DNA of 64,000 nucleotides from NCBI GenBank assembly GCA_964291215.2, contig OZ219791.1, positions 3,456,001-3,520,000 on the forward strand, in the 5' to 3' direction. The stretch is from Alphaproteobacteria bacterium (GTDB lineage Bacteria > Pseudomonadota > Alphaproteobacteria > MPNO01 > UBA830). This document shows positions 20,893 through 30,850 of the stretch, one piece after another. A program made the translations under genes and the position numbers. The notes under the pieces are model-generated. The model ran no database searches, was not told where the DNA came from, and saw nothing but the letters and a program-made list of their open reading frames with translations. The stretch's first letter is position 1. The number at the start of each line of letters is the position of its first letter.

Positions 20893-21129
20893 GTATCTAC
20901 TCACCCCTTGTTGGGTTCTGATTCATAGTGCTCGTTGATGATGTCTGCGGCTTTTCCGTCGAGGGCGGTCTGGGTGGCGACGAGTGGGTTGTAGCCGAGT
21001 GCGGCCATGGAGGTGAGGTAGCTTGAGCTCCGGCACCATGCTTTTGCGTGGAGCGGAAGCATCCGGACACCTTGACCTTTGCCATCCTGATCTTCTGTTC
21101 TCCGGCATTGTTGGTGAAGCTGACATCGG

Positions 21130-22788
21130 GTGCGCCAGGCAAACTGGTGGAATGTGGCCGGGTGCAAGTCCCGGTAGGAAGAGAGGCTAACCACCACTTT
21201 CTCCGTGAACCATGCGTCGGGCGTCGTGAGGCGCTAGGCGAAGCGTTGGGGAGCGGCAGGCCAGGCTATTGAGCCACGAGATGCTTTGAAACCGGAGTGC
21301 CGAGGTCGTGGCCGAAGGCAACGAGCCGCGTTGGTGAGGGGGGCTCCGCGGGGTCCGAGAACCATGGCACGCGCCGAAGCAGGGACCTGGGAGGTCTTGC
21401 CCCTCTGTCGTGGAGGGGCCGCAGAGGAAAGGAACTAATCCGTAAACCGATGATGAACGAGAAGTCAGATTCGGCCATAGTACCGTTGAAGGCGGCGAAC
21501 AAGGGTTCTTCGGAGCCTGCGGAGTTGCTGGAGGGAAGGGCAATGCGGTTGGCCAAAGCCCGCGCCGCGCGCAGAAGCGGGGGTCACAGGCGGCTGAACG
21601 CAGGTAGCGAAGAGGAACCCGGAAGAGCGTCTTTACTCCACCACGTGACGGTCGACGCTCTGCACGATGCGTTCCATTCCTTGAGGAAGGACGCGGCGGC
21701 GGGCGTGGACGGCGTTGTGTGGCAAGCGTATGCGGAGGGTGTGGAACTGCCTGCACGCCCGTGTGCACAGGGGTGCGTACCGGGCGCCTCCATCTCGGCG
21801 GGTTTACATACCCAAGGAGGATGGAGGGCAACGACCGCTTGCCTCGGACAAGATTCTTCAGCGGGCGGTGTGATTCTGGTGCCGCGAGACGGAGTTCCTC
21901 GGGTTTAGTTACGGCTTCCGGCCAGGGCGCATCATGCGCTCGATGCCGTCACGGTCGGAGTGGAACGGCGGAAGGTCAACTGGATCGTTGACGCCGACAT
22001 CCGTGGGTTCTTCGACAATCTCGACCGCGACCATCTGGTCGCGATGCTCGGGAAACGGATCGGGGGGTCTGATCATCAAGTGGCTGAACGCCGGCGTCAT
22101 GGAAGGGACCGACTGGCAAGGGAACACCGCAAGGGGCGATTGTATCGCCATGCCTTGCGAACGTCTACCTGCACTACGTGCTCGATGACTGGTTCCAGAA
22201 CCACTGGCGCAAGCGGATGGCTGGAGGCGACACGATCATTGTCCGCTATGCGGATGACTTCGTGTGCGGCTTTCAGCGTCTGGGCGACGCGCGGCGCTTT
22301 CTCCGAGACCTTGGGGAGAGACTGGCCCACTTGAACTGCACCCGGAAAATCATCGAGTTCGGACGGTTTGCCAGAGCAAACCGCCGGAAGCAGGGCAAGA
22401 CGTTCGACTTCCTCGGCATGACGCACTTCTGCGAACAGACGAGGAAAGGCAGGTTCAGGGTCGGTCCATCTCGCAAACGGGCACCCTGCGGCGGATCAAG
22501 GAGGCCTTGCGCAGGCGGTGGCACGATAACCGGCACGAAACGGCCAAGTGGTGAGTTATCAACGGCTGCTACTACGCCGTTCCAGGAAGCAGCCTGCAGA
22601 AGTTCATACACCAATGCAAACAGCTGCGTGCCCTTCGGCGACGCTCCCAAAAGGACTTCACCGGGGACACAGACACCCTCACCGCTGCCCACTGAGCCCG
22701 TGGCCAAACCAGCGCCTTGTCGTCAGGGGAGGAGCGAACAGCGCACGTCCGGTTCTGTGCGGGGGGTAACCCGGTTCCCTACCGCGAT
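21130..22788 (+). mobile_element. Group II intron (decayed), inserted antisense in the IS66 transposase
   Basis: 5' GTGCG; 3' domain V/VI-like GCACGTCCGGTTCTGTGCGGGGGG..CCCTACCGCGAT; removing it restores RFTDD-PDVSFTNN in frame. Confidence 0.9.
21450..22730 (+). pseudogene. ltrA: Group II intron reverse transcriptase/maturase, multiply frameshifted
   Basis: AAAGVDGV, SYGFRPGR, VNWIVDADIRGFFD, VYLHYVLD, VRYADDF, FDFLGMTH. Confidence 0.88.
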
Positions 22789-23699
22789 GGTCGTCTGTGA
22801 AGCGCAGGTTTTCGTGTTTCACGAGACGTTCGTGCAAGTTGTGCGCGTTTGCGATGCGTTTTCCTTTCGTCGGGATGTCGGGCAGTTCCTTGGCGCCCTG
22901 AGTGAGGGTGGTGCGGTAGCGCCCGGCCTCGTTCAGGGTCTTGGATGCGCTCTTGTTGATCTTGTGGCAGGGAGCAGGCTCTTCATCAGTCGCGCGGTAG
23001 CCTCGACGACGAAGGTCAGTTCGCGCAGCAGGTGGCTGCCGCTGGTGGCTACACTGCCATGTACGAGGCCCAGGACGCCCTTGCAGCACGGGCCGATCTC
23101 TTGCTTGCGGTGCGGGAACTTGCACGTCCCGACGACATGGAGCCACTTTCTGTTGATCCGAAATCATCGACATCGGGCGTTGCAGGAGCACGGCGGCCTC
23201 CTCCCATGACGCATCGTGAAAGCATGGCCGAGGCCTCGGAGAGCTTGATATCGCCTGCACGAGCGCGACGGCACAGGGGCAGCATCCGGGCGACCAGCAG
23301 GGACGAGGGCCTGGATGCCGTACTGCCCGGATGTTGTCGGGGAACCGGCCCCGGGCCTTGCACTTCGGGCATTCCTCGGCGTCGACGCGGCGCGACCTCG
23401 AACACGATGTCGTGCGGCGCTCGACGGGGTCGGCGCCGCAGGCGTCGCAGGCCGCGACCGTCTCCTCGACGATGGTCTTGCGCAGGTTGTCGCCCATCTG
23501 CCGGTTCGGCTTCGGGCCGTTGCTCTCGGCACGCTCTTGTCCGTCTGTGACGGCGGCAGACCGGAGTTCCGGCTCGTGCGTGGTCTTCTCCAGAAGGACG
23601 ACGATGAGGATGTCGAGGACGCGGATCACGGCCTCTTCCGCCACCTTGCCGGCAGCGCCGCGGTCCTGGCCGCTTCGAACTCCTCGCGCGCCGCCCGTC

Positions 23700-23878
23700 G
23701 CCATCACCCGGCCTCGCCGCGAGCATCGCCTGGCGCTCGCCCGGCGGCATCTTCCGGTACTCCGCCTTGCGCTTCATCAGCGCACCGCTTCCCGGATGCG
23801 TTTCCACATACAGATCATGCGGAGCCCCGGAAGCAGCTGGCACAGCCCGCTCGTCGCCTTCGATCCAAAGTAGCCCAC
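23700..23878 (-). pseudogene. Internally deleted Dam-like DNA adenine methyltransferase passenger gene
   Basis: GTG start MGYFGSKATSGLCQ, then HDLYVETHPGSGALMKRK (motif X/I-like) joined directly to a C-terminal-like AEYRKMPPGERQAMLAA. Confidence 0.6.
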
Positions 23879-24038
23879 TGGCGGTCCCCGTCGTTCTCGA
23901 TGACCACCACTAAACGAATCGGCCTGCAGTGTCAAATCTCCACGAAAACCCGTTCGTTGCTCTACCCCGACATCAAGCCGGAACCAGGGGGTGAGCAGTT
24001 ACTTTTGTTCAAGTCAGATTGGTCCAGCTAGTGTCAGG

Positions 24039-24281
24039 TCAATCTGTTTTTTCGATCCGGCAGACGTTGTTCCCGACGGGCACGTCGGCGCCTTCCTCGA
24101 CGAGATGTTCGAGCATCGTCCCGCCGCACGGGGCTTCATATTCGTTGGTAACTTTCTCGGTCTCCATCTCATAGAGGATATCGCCTTCCTTGAATGCCTC
24201 TCCTGGCTGGACACGCCAGGTGACCAGCGTGCCCTCTTCCATATTCATGCCGATCCGCGGCATTTTCAGCGCAACTTTCAC
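24039..24281 (-). CDS. Stand-alone lipoyl-domain protein
   Basis: MPRIGMNMEEGTLVTW, EMETEKV (lipoyl Lys), APCGG; 80 aa with own stop. Confidence 0.88.
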   Translation of the reverse strand: MKVALKMPRIGMNMEEGTLVTWRVQPGEAFKEGDILYEMETEKVTNEYEAPCGGTMLEHLVEEGADVPVGNNVCRIEKTD

Positions 24282-24284
24282 GAT

Positions 24285-25274
24285 TTACGCCTCCGCCCCG
24301 AACGGTTTGCCCAATAGGTCCCGCACGGTGGCCGAGATGCTGCCTTCGTTGGGGAGCAAGGCTTTTTCCAGCGGCGGCGAATATGGTATCGCCACATCGG
24401 GAACGGTAATCCGCTTGATCGGCGCCTTCAGGGCCTCGAAACATTGGTCGGCACAGACGGCGGCCACGTGAGACGCGGCCGAACACAGGTCCCGTGCTTC
24501 ATCGACCACCACCAGCCGGCCGGTGCGGCGAACCGATGAAATGATCGCATCCGTGTCCAACGGGACCATCGTGCGGGGATCGATGAGGTCGACGCCAATA
24601 CCGTCTTCGGCAAGTTGCTTCGCGGCGCGAAGGGCGGGGCGAACCATGGCCCCAATGGCAACCATGGTGACGTCGTTCCCGTCGTGCACTGTGGAGGCCT
24701 TGCCCAGCTCGAAGATCATGTCACCGTCCGGCACTTCGCCGGATTCGCCGCCTCGGCCGGCCGCCTGCAGGAAGACCACCGGGTTGGGATCGTGAATTGA
24801 GGCGCGGAGGAGACCCGCGGCGTCGGCGGGTGTCGCCGGCAGTGCAACCTTGATTCCGCCCAGGTTCATGAACATGGGGTGCATGGCGTCGGAGTGTTGC
24901 GCCGCGGCGGAGCGGCCGCCCCCGAAGACGCTCATATAGACGATCGGCAGGCTGATCTGGCCGGCTGTCATGTAGCGAAGTTTGCTGGCCTGATTGGCGA
25001 TGCTGTCGAAGCCGGTATACATGAAGTTGCCGAACATCATGTGGCAGACGACCTTGTAGCCTGCCGCCGCCGCGCCGACCGCCATGCCGCTCATCACCGT
25101 CTCCGAGATGGGCATGTTCCTGACGCGATGCGCGCCGTGCTTGTCCTTCAGTCCGGCAGTGTCGCCGAAGAGGCTGATTTCCACATCCTCGCCAAACAGG
25201 ACGATCTTCGGATCTCTGGCCATCTCGCTGTCGAGCGTTTCGTTGATGGCCTGGATCATGCGTTTCTTTGCCAT
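24285..25274 (-). CDS. 2-oxoacid/acetoin dehydrogenase E1 beta subunit
   Basis: FGEDV, RVRNMPISE, AAQHS, DLIDPRTMVPLD, SVRRTGRLVVVDE. Confidence 0.92.
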   Translation of the reverse strand: MAKKRMIQAINETLDSEMARDPKIVLFGEDVEISLFGDTAGLKDKHGAHRVRNMPISETVMSGMAVGAAAAGYKVVCHMMFGNFMYTGFDSIANQASKLRYMTAGQISLPIVYMSVFGGGRSAAAQHSDAMHPMFMNLGGIKVALPATPADAAGLLRASIHDPNPVVFLQAAGRGGESGEVPDGDMIFELGKASTVHDGNDVTMVAIGAMVRPALRAAKQLAEDGIGVDLIDPRTMVPLDTDAIISSVRRTGRLVVVDEARDLCSAASHVAAVCADQCFEALKAPIKRITVPDVAIPYSPPLEKALLPNEGSISATVRDLLGKPFGAEA

Positions 25275-25287
25275 GGATTTGCCTCCC

Positions 25288-26280
25288 TTAGGCGAACATG
25301 TAGCCGGTGCCCTGATCGGTAGGGTCCGGATAGGGTGATTCCTCGGCGAAGGCGACTGCTTCGGCCACTTCCGCCGAGATTTCCGCGTTGATACGGTCGA
25401 GGTCCGCTTGGCTGGCCTGACCGGCTTGCAAGATCCGTCTGGCGAATGCGGGGATGGGGTCATCGGCCTTTTTTTGTTCCACTTCTTCCTCTGACCGGTA
25501 GGTGCCGCTGAGGAACGCATGTTCCCCCACCACGTGGCCGCTGTGACGATAGGTGCGGGCTTCGATCAACGTCGGACCTTCTCCGTCCCTGGCCCGCCGG
25601 ATCGCCCTGGCGGCGCATTGCCAAACCTCGATTAGATCGTTGCCGTCGATGGTCTCATGCGCCGCACCATATGGTTTCGCCCGATCGGCGATGCTGCCTG
25701 ACGTGACGGTTGAGTATGGAGAGAACTCCGAGAACCCGTTGTTCTCACACACGAAAATCACGGGGAGTTTCCATAGGGTCGAAACGTTCAGCGCTTCGCA
25801 CAGCACACCTTGGTTGGCCGCGCCGTCTCCAAAGAAGGCGATTCCCACGGCGCCGTTGCCATCGAGCTGAGCTGCCCAAGCAGCGCCCGTGGCGATGGAG
25901 ATTCCGGCACCGACGATGCCGTTCGCACCGATGATGCCCTTCGAGAAGTCCGCGACATGCATGGATCCGCCGTGTCCCCGGCAGATGCCGGTCTTGCGCC
26001 CATACACCTCCGCCACGAGGCGCCTGCTATCGCCCCCTTTGGCGAGAAAATGTCCATGACCGCGGTGGTTGGAGGCAATCCAGTCGTCGTCGCGAAGCTG
26101 GCTGCAGATACCTACGCCCACTGCTTCCTGTCCGATGTAGAGATGGACAGCACCAGGCAAATTCCCGGCCAGGCTGTCTTTTCCGAGCTGTTCCTCGACA
26201 CGGCGAATGCGCAGCATGTCACGGTAAAAGCCAAGCATTTGCTCGTTGGAGAAATTGGTGTCGGCACCGGAACTGGTCAT
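25288..26280 (-). CDS. 2-oxoacid/acetoin dehydrogenase E1 alpha subunit
   Basis: HLYIGQEA, SNHRGHGH, GGSMH, FFGDGAANQG..ENN (ThDP motif), TYRHSGH. Confidence 0.93.
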   Translation of the reverse strand: MTSSGADTNFSNEQMLGFYRDMLRIRRVEEQLGKDSLAGNLPGAVHLYIGQEAVGVGICSQLRDDDWIASNHRGHGHFLAKGGDSRRLVAEVYGRKTGICRGHGGSMHVADFSKGIIGANGIVGAGISIATGAAWAAQLDGNGAVGIAFFGDGAANQGVLCEALNVSTLWKLPVIFVCENNGFSEFSPYSTVTSGSIADRAKPYGAAHETIDGNDLIEVWQCAARAIRRARDGEGPTLIEARTYRHSGHVVGEHAFLSGTYRSEEEVEQKKADDPIPAFARRILQAGQASQADLDRINAEISAEVAEAVAFAEESPYPDPTDQGTGYMFA

Positions 26281-26349
26281 GAAAATCGTCCTCGCTGTTT
26301 CGAATCGGGCCCTGATCAGGACCATCTCCGAGCGAGGGGATAACATACA

Positions 26350-26373
26350 AAAGGTATAGAAGTCTAGACCTTT
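26350..26373. promoter_or_regulatory. Putative GntR/HutC operator, copy 1
   Basis: AAAGGTATAGAAGTCTAGACCTTT, quasi-palindromic, 70 bp upstream of E1 alpha. Confidence 0.75.
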
Positions 26374-26466
26374 AGAATGAGAGGCCGGTGATTTTCGCCT
26401 CACCACCCAGTCATAAGCCGATGAATATTTCTGATTGGAGAGGGGGGCTGGTCCTCGGAAACTGCT

Positions 26467-27189
26467 CTATTCGGTCCCGTCGACGGTGAACTCCATCTCG
26501 AACTGGAGTGCATCACCCGGATAGAGGAGGGTCGAGGAGTAAATCAGCCGATCGTGTTCGTCGTATATCTGGCGGTTTACTCTGAAGATCGGGGAGTTCA
26601 CCTTGATTTTCAGCGCCTGCGAAAGTTCAAAGTCGGCGTAGGAGATTCGGACCGACTGTCGGGCGGACCTGAACTTGACCCCCATATTTTCCAATACGCT
26701 GATAACGATCTCGGAGGCAAACCGTTCCGGCGCTTTTTCATAGAGCGCGCTGTCTACCCGCAGATCGACATGACAGAACGGCTTGCCGTCCAGGGAATGA
26801 ATTCGCTTCATGCGGTGATAAGCGATGCCGTTTTCATCCGGCTGCTCGTCCTGGGAGTCTTCCACAAGGACCGAAACCTCGAGCTGCGAGACCATGGAGT
26901 ACAACTGCGAAAGCTGTGCCTGCATGTTCAAGGTTTGGCGTGTGGGCAGCTTGATCTTCTTGACAAATGTTCCGCGGCCGGCGTGGCGTTCGATGAGACC
27001 CTCGGTCTCCAGGGCATCCATCGCCTGGCGAATGGTCATCCTTGCCACGCCCAGTTTGCTGGTGAGTTCGCTGAGGGGCGGGAGCTGCTCGCCCGGGGCC
27101 AGCGTACCGGACATGATTTGATTGCGAAGAAGTGAGGCCACCTCGGCGTGCAGAGGGACAGCTTCTCGCTTCATCGCAGGGAGATTCAT
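26467..27189 (-). CDS. GntR-family (HutC/UTRA) transcriptional regulator
   Basis: N-terminal wHTH PGEQLP..LGVARMTIRQA..GRGTFV with a UTRA-length C-terminus. Confidence 0.92.
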   Translation of the reverse strand: MNLPAMKREAVPLHAEVASLLRNQIMSGTLAPGEQLPPLSELTSKLGVARMTIRQAMDALETEGLIERHAGRGTFVKKIKLPTRQTLNMQAQLSQLYSMVSQLEVSVLVEDSQDEQPDENGIAYHRMKRIHSLDGKPFCHVDLRVDSALYEKAPERFASEIVISVLENMGVKFRSARQSVRISYADFELSQALKIKVNSPIFRVNRQIYDEHDRLIYSSTLLYPGDALQFEMEFTVDGTE

Positions 27190-27214
27190 ATTGACTCTCG
27201 GATCTTCAGTGACT

Positions 27215-27238
27215 AAAGGTATAAAGGTCTAGCACTTT
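27215..27238. promoter_or_regulatory. Putative GntR/HutC operator, copy 2
   Basis: AAAGGTATAAAGGTCTAGCACTTT in the divergent gntR/transketolase intergenic region. Confidence 0.75.
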
Positions 27239-27308
27239 ATATACACGATTCGAGTTTTGTTTGCAAGGGATTTGCCGATCCCGAACCTTCGGATCGAAGG
27301 GGGTCGAG

Positions 27309-28151
27309 TTGTCACAAGCCGATCATTCAAAGCACAATATCGCCGAACTGGAGAGCATTGCCGCGAAGTTGCGCTTGCGGGTAGTCGAGATGGTTGCGCC
27401 GACGGGCCAGGGTTATGTCCAACAGGGCTTGGGTTCGGCCGATATATTCACCGCCTTGTATTTCGCCGAGGCGCGCGTTGATCCCGAGAATCCGAATTGG
27501 CAAGACCGCGACCGTGTCTTCCTAACCACCGCACATAACACGGCCATCTTCTACGCCGCGTTGGCCGAGCGCGGCTTTTTCGAAACCGAGCGGCTGTCGA
27601 CCTACTGCAAAGACGGATCTCCATTGGAGATTAATGCGTCCGAGCGCATGGGCCGGTTTGTCGAAGCGACCTGCGGCTCACTTGGCCAAGGCCTCTCGGT
27701 CGCCGTCGGCACGGCGCTGGCGGCCAGGCGTCAGGGGCGTCCGACCAGGTGTTATGTGGTTTTGGGGGATGGCGAGATGCAGGAGGGACAGGTTTGGGAA
27801 GCCCTGATGTCCGCCGGCGCGTGGGGCCTCGACAATCTCTGCGTCATTCTCGACTTCAACGAGATGCAGTGCGAGGGACACATGGATAATGTGGTCTCCC
27901 TCCGCCCGGTTGTGGACAAAGTCGAGAGCTTCGGCTTTGCGGTGCACGACATCGACGGCAATGACATGGCCGCGATCCTGAACGCCCTCGATGCGGCCCG
28001 GGAAACCGAGGGCAAACCTGCATTCATCAACGCAAGGACGCTGGTTGGAAAAGGGGTTCCCGCACTGGAAGGCCTCATGGCGCATCAGCTCATGTTCCCG
28101 CCCGAGGTGGCGGAGAACGCCATCGCCGTTCTGAAGGAAAACCGCTTATGA
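27309..28151 (+). CDS. Split transketolase, N-terminal (ThDP-binding) subunit 1
   Basis: WQDRDRVFL, GSLGQGLS, LGDGEMQEGQVWEA..N; TTG start inferred from RBS. Confidence 0.9.
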   Translation: MSQADHSKHNIAELESIAAKLRLRVVEMVAPTGQGYVQQGLGSADIFTALYFAEARVDPENPNWQDRDRVFLTTAHNTAIFYAALAERGFFETERLSTYCKDGSPLEINASERMGRFVEATCGSLGQGLSVAVGTALAARRQGRPTRCYVVLGDGEMQEGQVWEALMSAGAWGLDNLCVILDFNEMQCEGHMDNVVSLRPVVDKVESFGFAVHDIDGNDMAAILNALDAARETEGKPAFINARTLVGKGVPALEGLMAHQLMFPPEVAENAIAVLKENRL

Positions 28152-29140
28152 GCCAGGCTCATAAACTCGACAAATTTGAGGCGGCCGACTTCATCAGCCG
28201 GACCCACAAGCCCATCCCCCGGTTCTACGGTGATGCGCTTCTGGCGGCGGCGAAAAAGGACGAGCGCATCCTCGCCCTGACAGCCGACCTGGCCACGCCG
28301 ACCGAGACCGACATCTTTCGCGACGAGCTGCCGGAACGCTACCACAACGTCGGCATCGCGGAAGCCAACATGATCGGGCTGGCAAGCGGCATGGCGCGGG
28401 CGGGCGAAATTCCGTTCGTGCACACCTTCTGCTCGTTCGCCACGAAGCGATGCTACGACCAGATCACCATGCAGGCCGCCTATCCCAACCTGCCGGTCAA
28501 AATCGTGGGATTCCTGCCCGGGGTGGCGACTCTGCTCGGGGTTTCACATCAGGCCATCGAGGATGTAGCGATCATGCGGGCCATCCCCAACTTGGTGGTC
28601 CTCGATCCGTCCGGTCCGGAATATCACGCTTCTGCCGTTGACGTCGCACTGGCCCATGACGGGCCGGTGTATATGCGTCTCAAACGGCCCGAGATCCCGC
28701 CGGAAAACGATATCGTTCCCAAGGAATTCCGAAAGGGCGAGGGCATTCTGGCCCGGGACGGCGACGATCTCACGATCATCGCAGCTGGTCTGTCCGTTAC
28801 GGAGGCCCTCGCCGCTGCGGACCGGTTGGCCGCTGGCGGAATTGAAGCCTCCGTCATCGATATGGCTTCGATCAAACCGCTGGACGCTGATCTGGTCATC
28901 GACCGCGCCAAGGCAACGGGCGCCATCGTAACCGCGGAAAATCATTCGGTGATTGGTGGCCTGGGGTCCGCCGTGGCAGAAGTCCTGTGCGACGCCGGGA
29001 TCGGGCTGCCGTACAGGCGGGTGGGCTTGGCCGACCTGTTTGCCGAAGGGGGCTCCACCCCGTATCTCATGAAGAAGTACGGATTGGACAGCACGGCGAT
29101 CGTCGAGGCCGCCCGAGACGTTTATGCGAAGAAGGCCTGA
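28148..29140 (+). CDS. Split transketolase, C-terminal subunit 1
   Basis: NVGIAEANMIG, SHQAIED, GPVYMRL, SIKPLD, ENHSVIGGLGSAV. Confidence 0.92.
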   Translation: MSQAHKLDKFEAADFISRTHKPIPRFYGDALLAAAKKDERILALTADLATPTETDIFRDELPERYHNVGIAEANMIGLASGMARAGEIPFVHTFCSFATKRCYDQITMQAAYPNLPVKIVGFLPGVATLLGVSHQAIEDVAIMRAIPNLVVLDPSGPEYHASAVDVALAHDGPVYMRLKRPEIPPENDIVPKEFRKGEGILARDGDDLTIIAAGLSVTEALAAADRLAAGGIEASVIDMASIKPLDADLVIDRAKATGAIVTAENHSVIGGLGSAVAEVLCDAGIGLPYRRVGLADLFAEGGSTPYLMKKYGLDSTAIVEAARDVYAKKA

Positions 29141-29150
29141 GGTCTGGCGA

Positions 29151-29870
29151 ATGGCCGACCGAGCACCACTCGCCATGGTTACGGGTGCCGCCGGAGGGAT
29201 CGGGACGGCCCTCGCACATCGGCTCGCAAATGACGGTTGGCGCCTGCACTTGGTGGATATTGATCAGGGTCGGCTTGACCGGCTCAGCGAAGAGTTGCCG
29301 GGCGGCGCGATCAATAAGGAGAGTCGGCTCGATGACCGGAGGGCCTGCGTCGATGCACTTCCGGACGGCGAAGAGATCGACGCGCTGGTCCACCTGGCGG
29401 GTATATTCGTCGCCGACGACCTCGAGCCGGAGAGTCGGGATATCTACGACCGGACCATGCAGGCCAACGCGACAAACGCATTGGATCTGGCCGGCGCGGC
29501 GCTGCCGCATGTGCGGGATGGCGCCAGCATCGTCTTCGCCTCGTCGATGGGATTTAACCGGGGCGTGCCCGACCGCATCGCGTACTCGATGGCCAAAGGC
29601 GCCATCGTCGGTCTAACCCGCGCACTGTCGCGTCGGGTCGGTGACCGGGGCATCAACGTCAACGCCGTGGCGCCCGGCATCATCGATACGTCGATGCCGC
29701 GCGAACTGATCAGCGAACGCGGGCGGGAGGCGCTCGTGTCTTCAATTCCGCTCGGCCGGTTCGGCCGGCCGGAGGAGGTCGCGGGAGTGATCGCATTTCT
29801 GATCTCCGAGGACGCATCCTACATTACGGGACAGGTCATCAACATCGACGGCGGGATTATCAATGGCTGA
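29151..29870 (+). CDS. Short-chain dehydrogenase/reductase
   Basis: TGAAGGIG, YSMAK, NAVAPG, YITGQVINIDGG. Confidence 0.92.
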   Translation: MADRAPLAMVTGAAGGIGTALAHRLANDGWRLHLVDIDQGRLDRLSEELPGGAINKESRLDDRRACVDALPDGEEIDALVHLAGIFVADDLEPESRDIYDRTMQANATNALDLAGAALPHVRDGASIVFASSMGFNRGVPDRIAYSMAKGAIVGLTRALSRRVGDRGINVNAVAPGIIDTSMPRELISERGREALVSSIPLGRFGRPEEVAGVIAFLISEDASYITGQVINIDGGIING

Positions 29871-29905
29871 TCGGAGCCGACGGAAGATCCGAAGGAGGAC
29901 CGCAT

Positions 29906-30850
29906 ATGCTGCTTGAGGGGGAGACGACTTTCGACGACACCCCGTTCGACGGGATCAGCTTCGATCTTTGCTCGCGCCGCAAGAATGTCGTCATGGTGAG
30001 TGCGGACTTGAGCAAGCACACCCAGATCATTCGAGTAAAGGAAGAGCTGCCGGATCAGCACCTCGATGTCGGGATGGCGGAACAAAACCTGATCTCCGTC
30101 GCGGCCGGCGTCGCCAAGGCGGGTTTTGTCCCGGTGGCGACCACGTTCGCCGTCTACGCGACCCGGCGCGCCTATGATCAGATGGTGATCTGCATGGGGA
30201 CCGGTCCGCACACGAGTATTGTTGTTGGATTTACGCCGGGCATCGCCAATCCGGCGCGGATCCATCACCAGGCAGCGGAGGATTTGGGCATGCTTCGGTC
30301 GATCCCGAACACGACCGTCATCGACCCGATGGATGTCACCGATTTCAAGCAGGCGCTCGACATCGCCGTCGACCTGCCGGGCCTGGTTTATATGCGGGGT
30401 CATCGCGGCAATACCCCGCGGCTCCTCGATCCGCAGAAGTTCAAGTTTGAACTGGGCAAGACCTATCGCCTCCGTTCCGGGAGCGGGACCGGCATCATTG
30501 CCACCGGCCACGCCACCCAATGGGCATTGGAAGCCTCCGAGATACTCAAGGACCGCGGGATCGATCATTCGCTTCTTCATGTCCCGACGATCAAGCCGGT
30601 CGACAAGGCCGGGTTGGCGGACTTCTGCTTTGCCCACAATCGGATCGTCACCATAGAGAACCACCAGATCGTCACCGGTCTCGGGAGCCTTGTCGCCGAG
30701 GTGGTTTCCGATGTCGGCGGCGGGCCTCGCATCACACGCCTTGGGGTGCCCGGCAGTTGGGCGCCCGGCGGCACGTTGCCGTATATCCGGGAACAGCTGG
30801 GACTGGATGCCGTGGGACTTGCGGATCGTATCCGGGAGGCCGGCCAATGA
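29906..30850 (+). CDS. Split transketolase, C-terminal subunit 2
   Basis: DVGMAEQNL, HHQAAED, TIKPVD, ENHQIVTGLGS. Confidence 0.9.
   Translation: MLLEGETTFDDTPFDGISFDLCSRRKNVVMVSADLSKHTQIIRVKEELPDQHLDVGMAEQNLISVAAGVAKAGFVPVATTFAVYATRRAYDQMVICMGTGPHTSIVVGFTPGIANPARIHHQAAEDLGMLRSIPNTTVIDPMDVTDFKQALDIAVDLPGLVYMRGHRGNTPRLLDPQKFKFELGKTYRLRSGSGTGIIATGHATQWALEASEILKDRGIDHSLLHVPTIKPVDKAGLADFCFAHNRIVTIENHQIVTGLGSLVAEVVSDVGGGPRITRLGVPGSWAPGGTLPYIREQLGLDAVGLADRIREAGQ

Larger units (their letters stand above)
20893..24002 (-). mobile_element. Decayed IS66-family element containing a group II intron and a methyltransferase remnant
   Basis: Terminal IRs GTATCTACTCACCCC (20893) and GTAACTGCTCACCCC (reverse complement, ending 24002), 13/15 match; transposase fragments CDACGAD, RIANAHNLHERL, FTNNAGEQKIRMAKV, SGCFRS; flanks do not form a target duplication. 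Confidence 0.85.

Noticed and set aside
21450-22730. RT as a retron, DGR or CRISPR-associated RT
   Set aside because: YADD motif, GTGCG start, domain V/VI end and precise exon rejoining indicate a group II intron. No TR/VR pair, msr-msd or array was seen.
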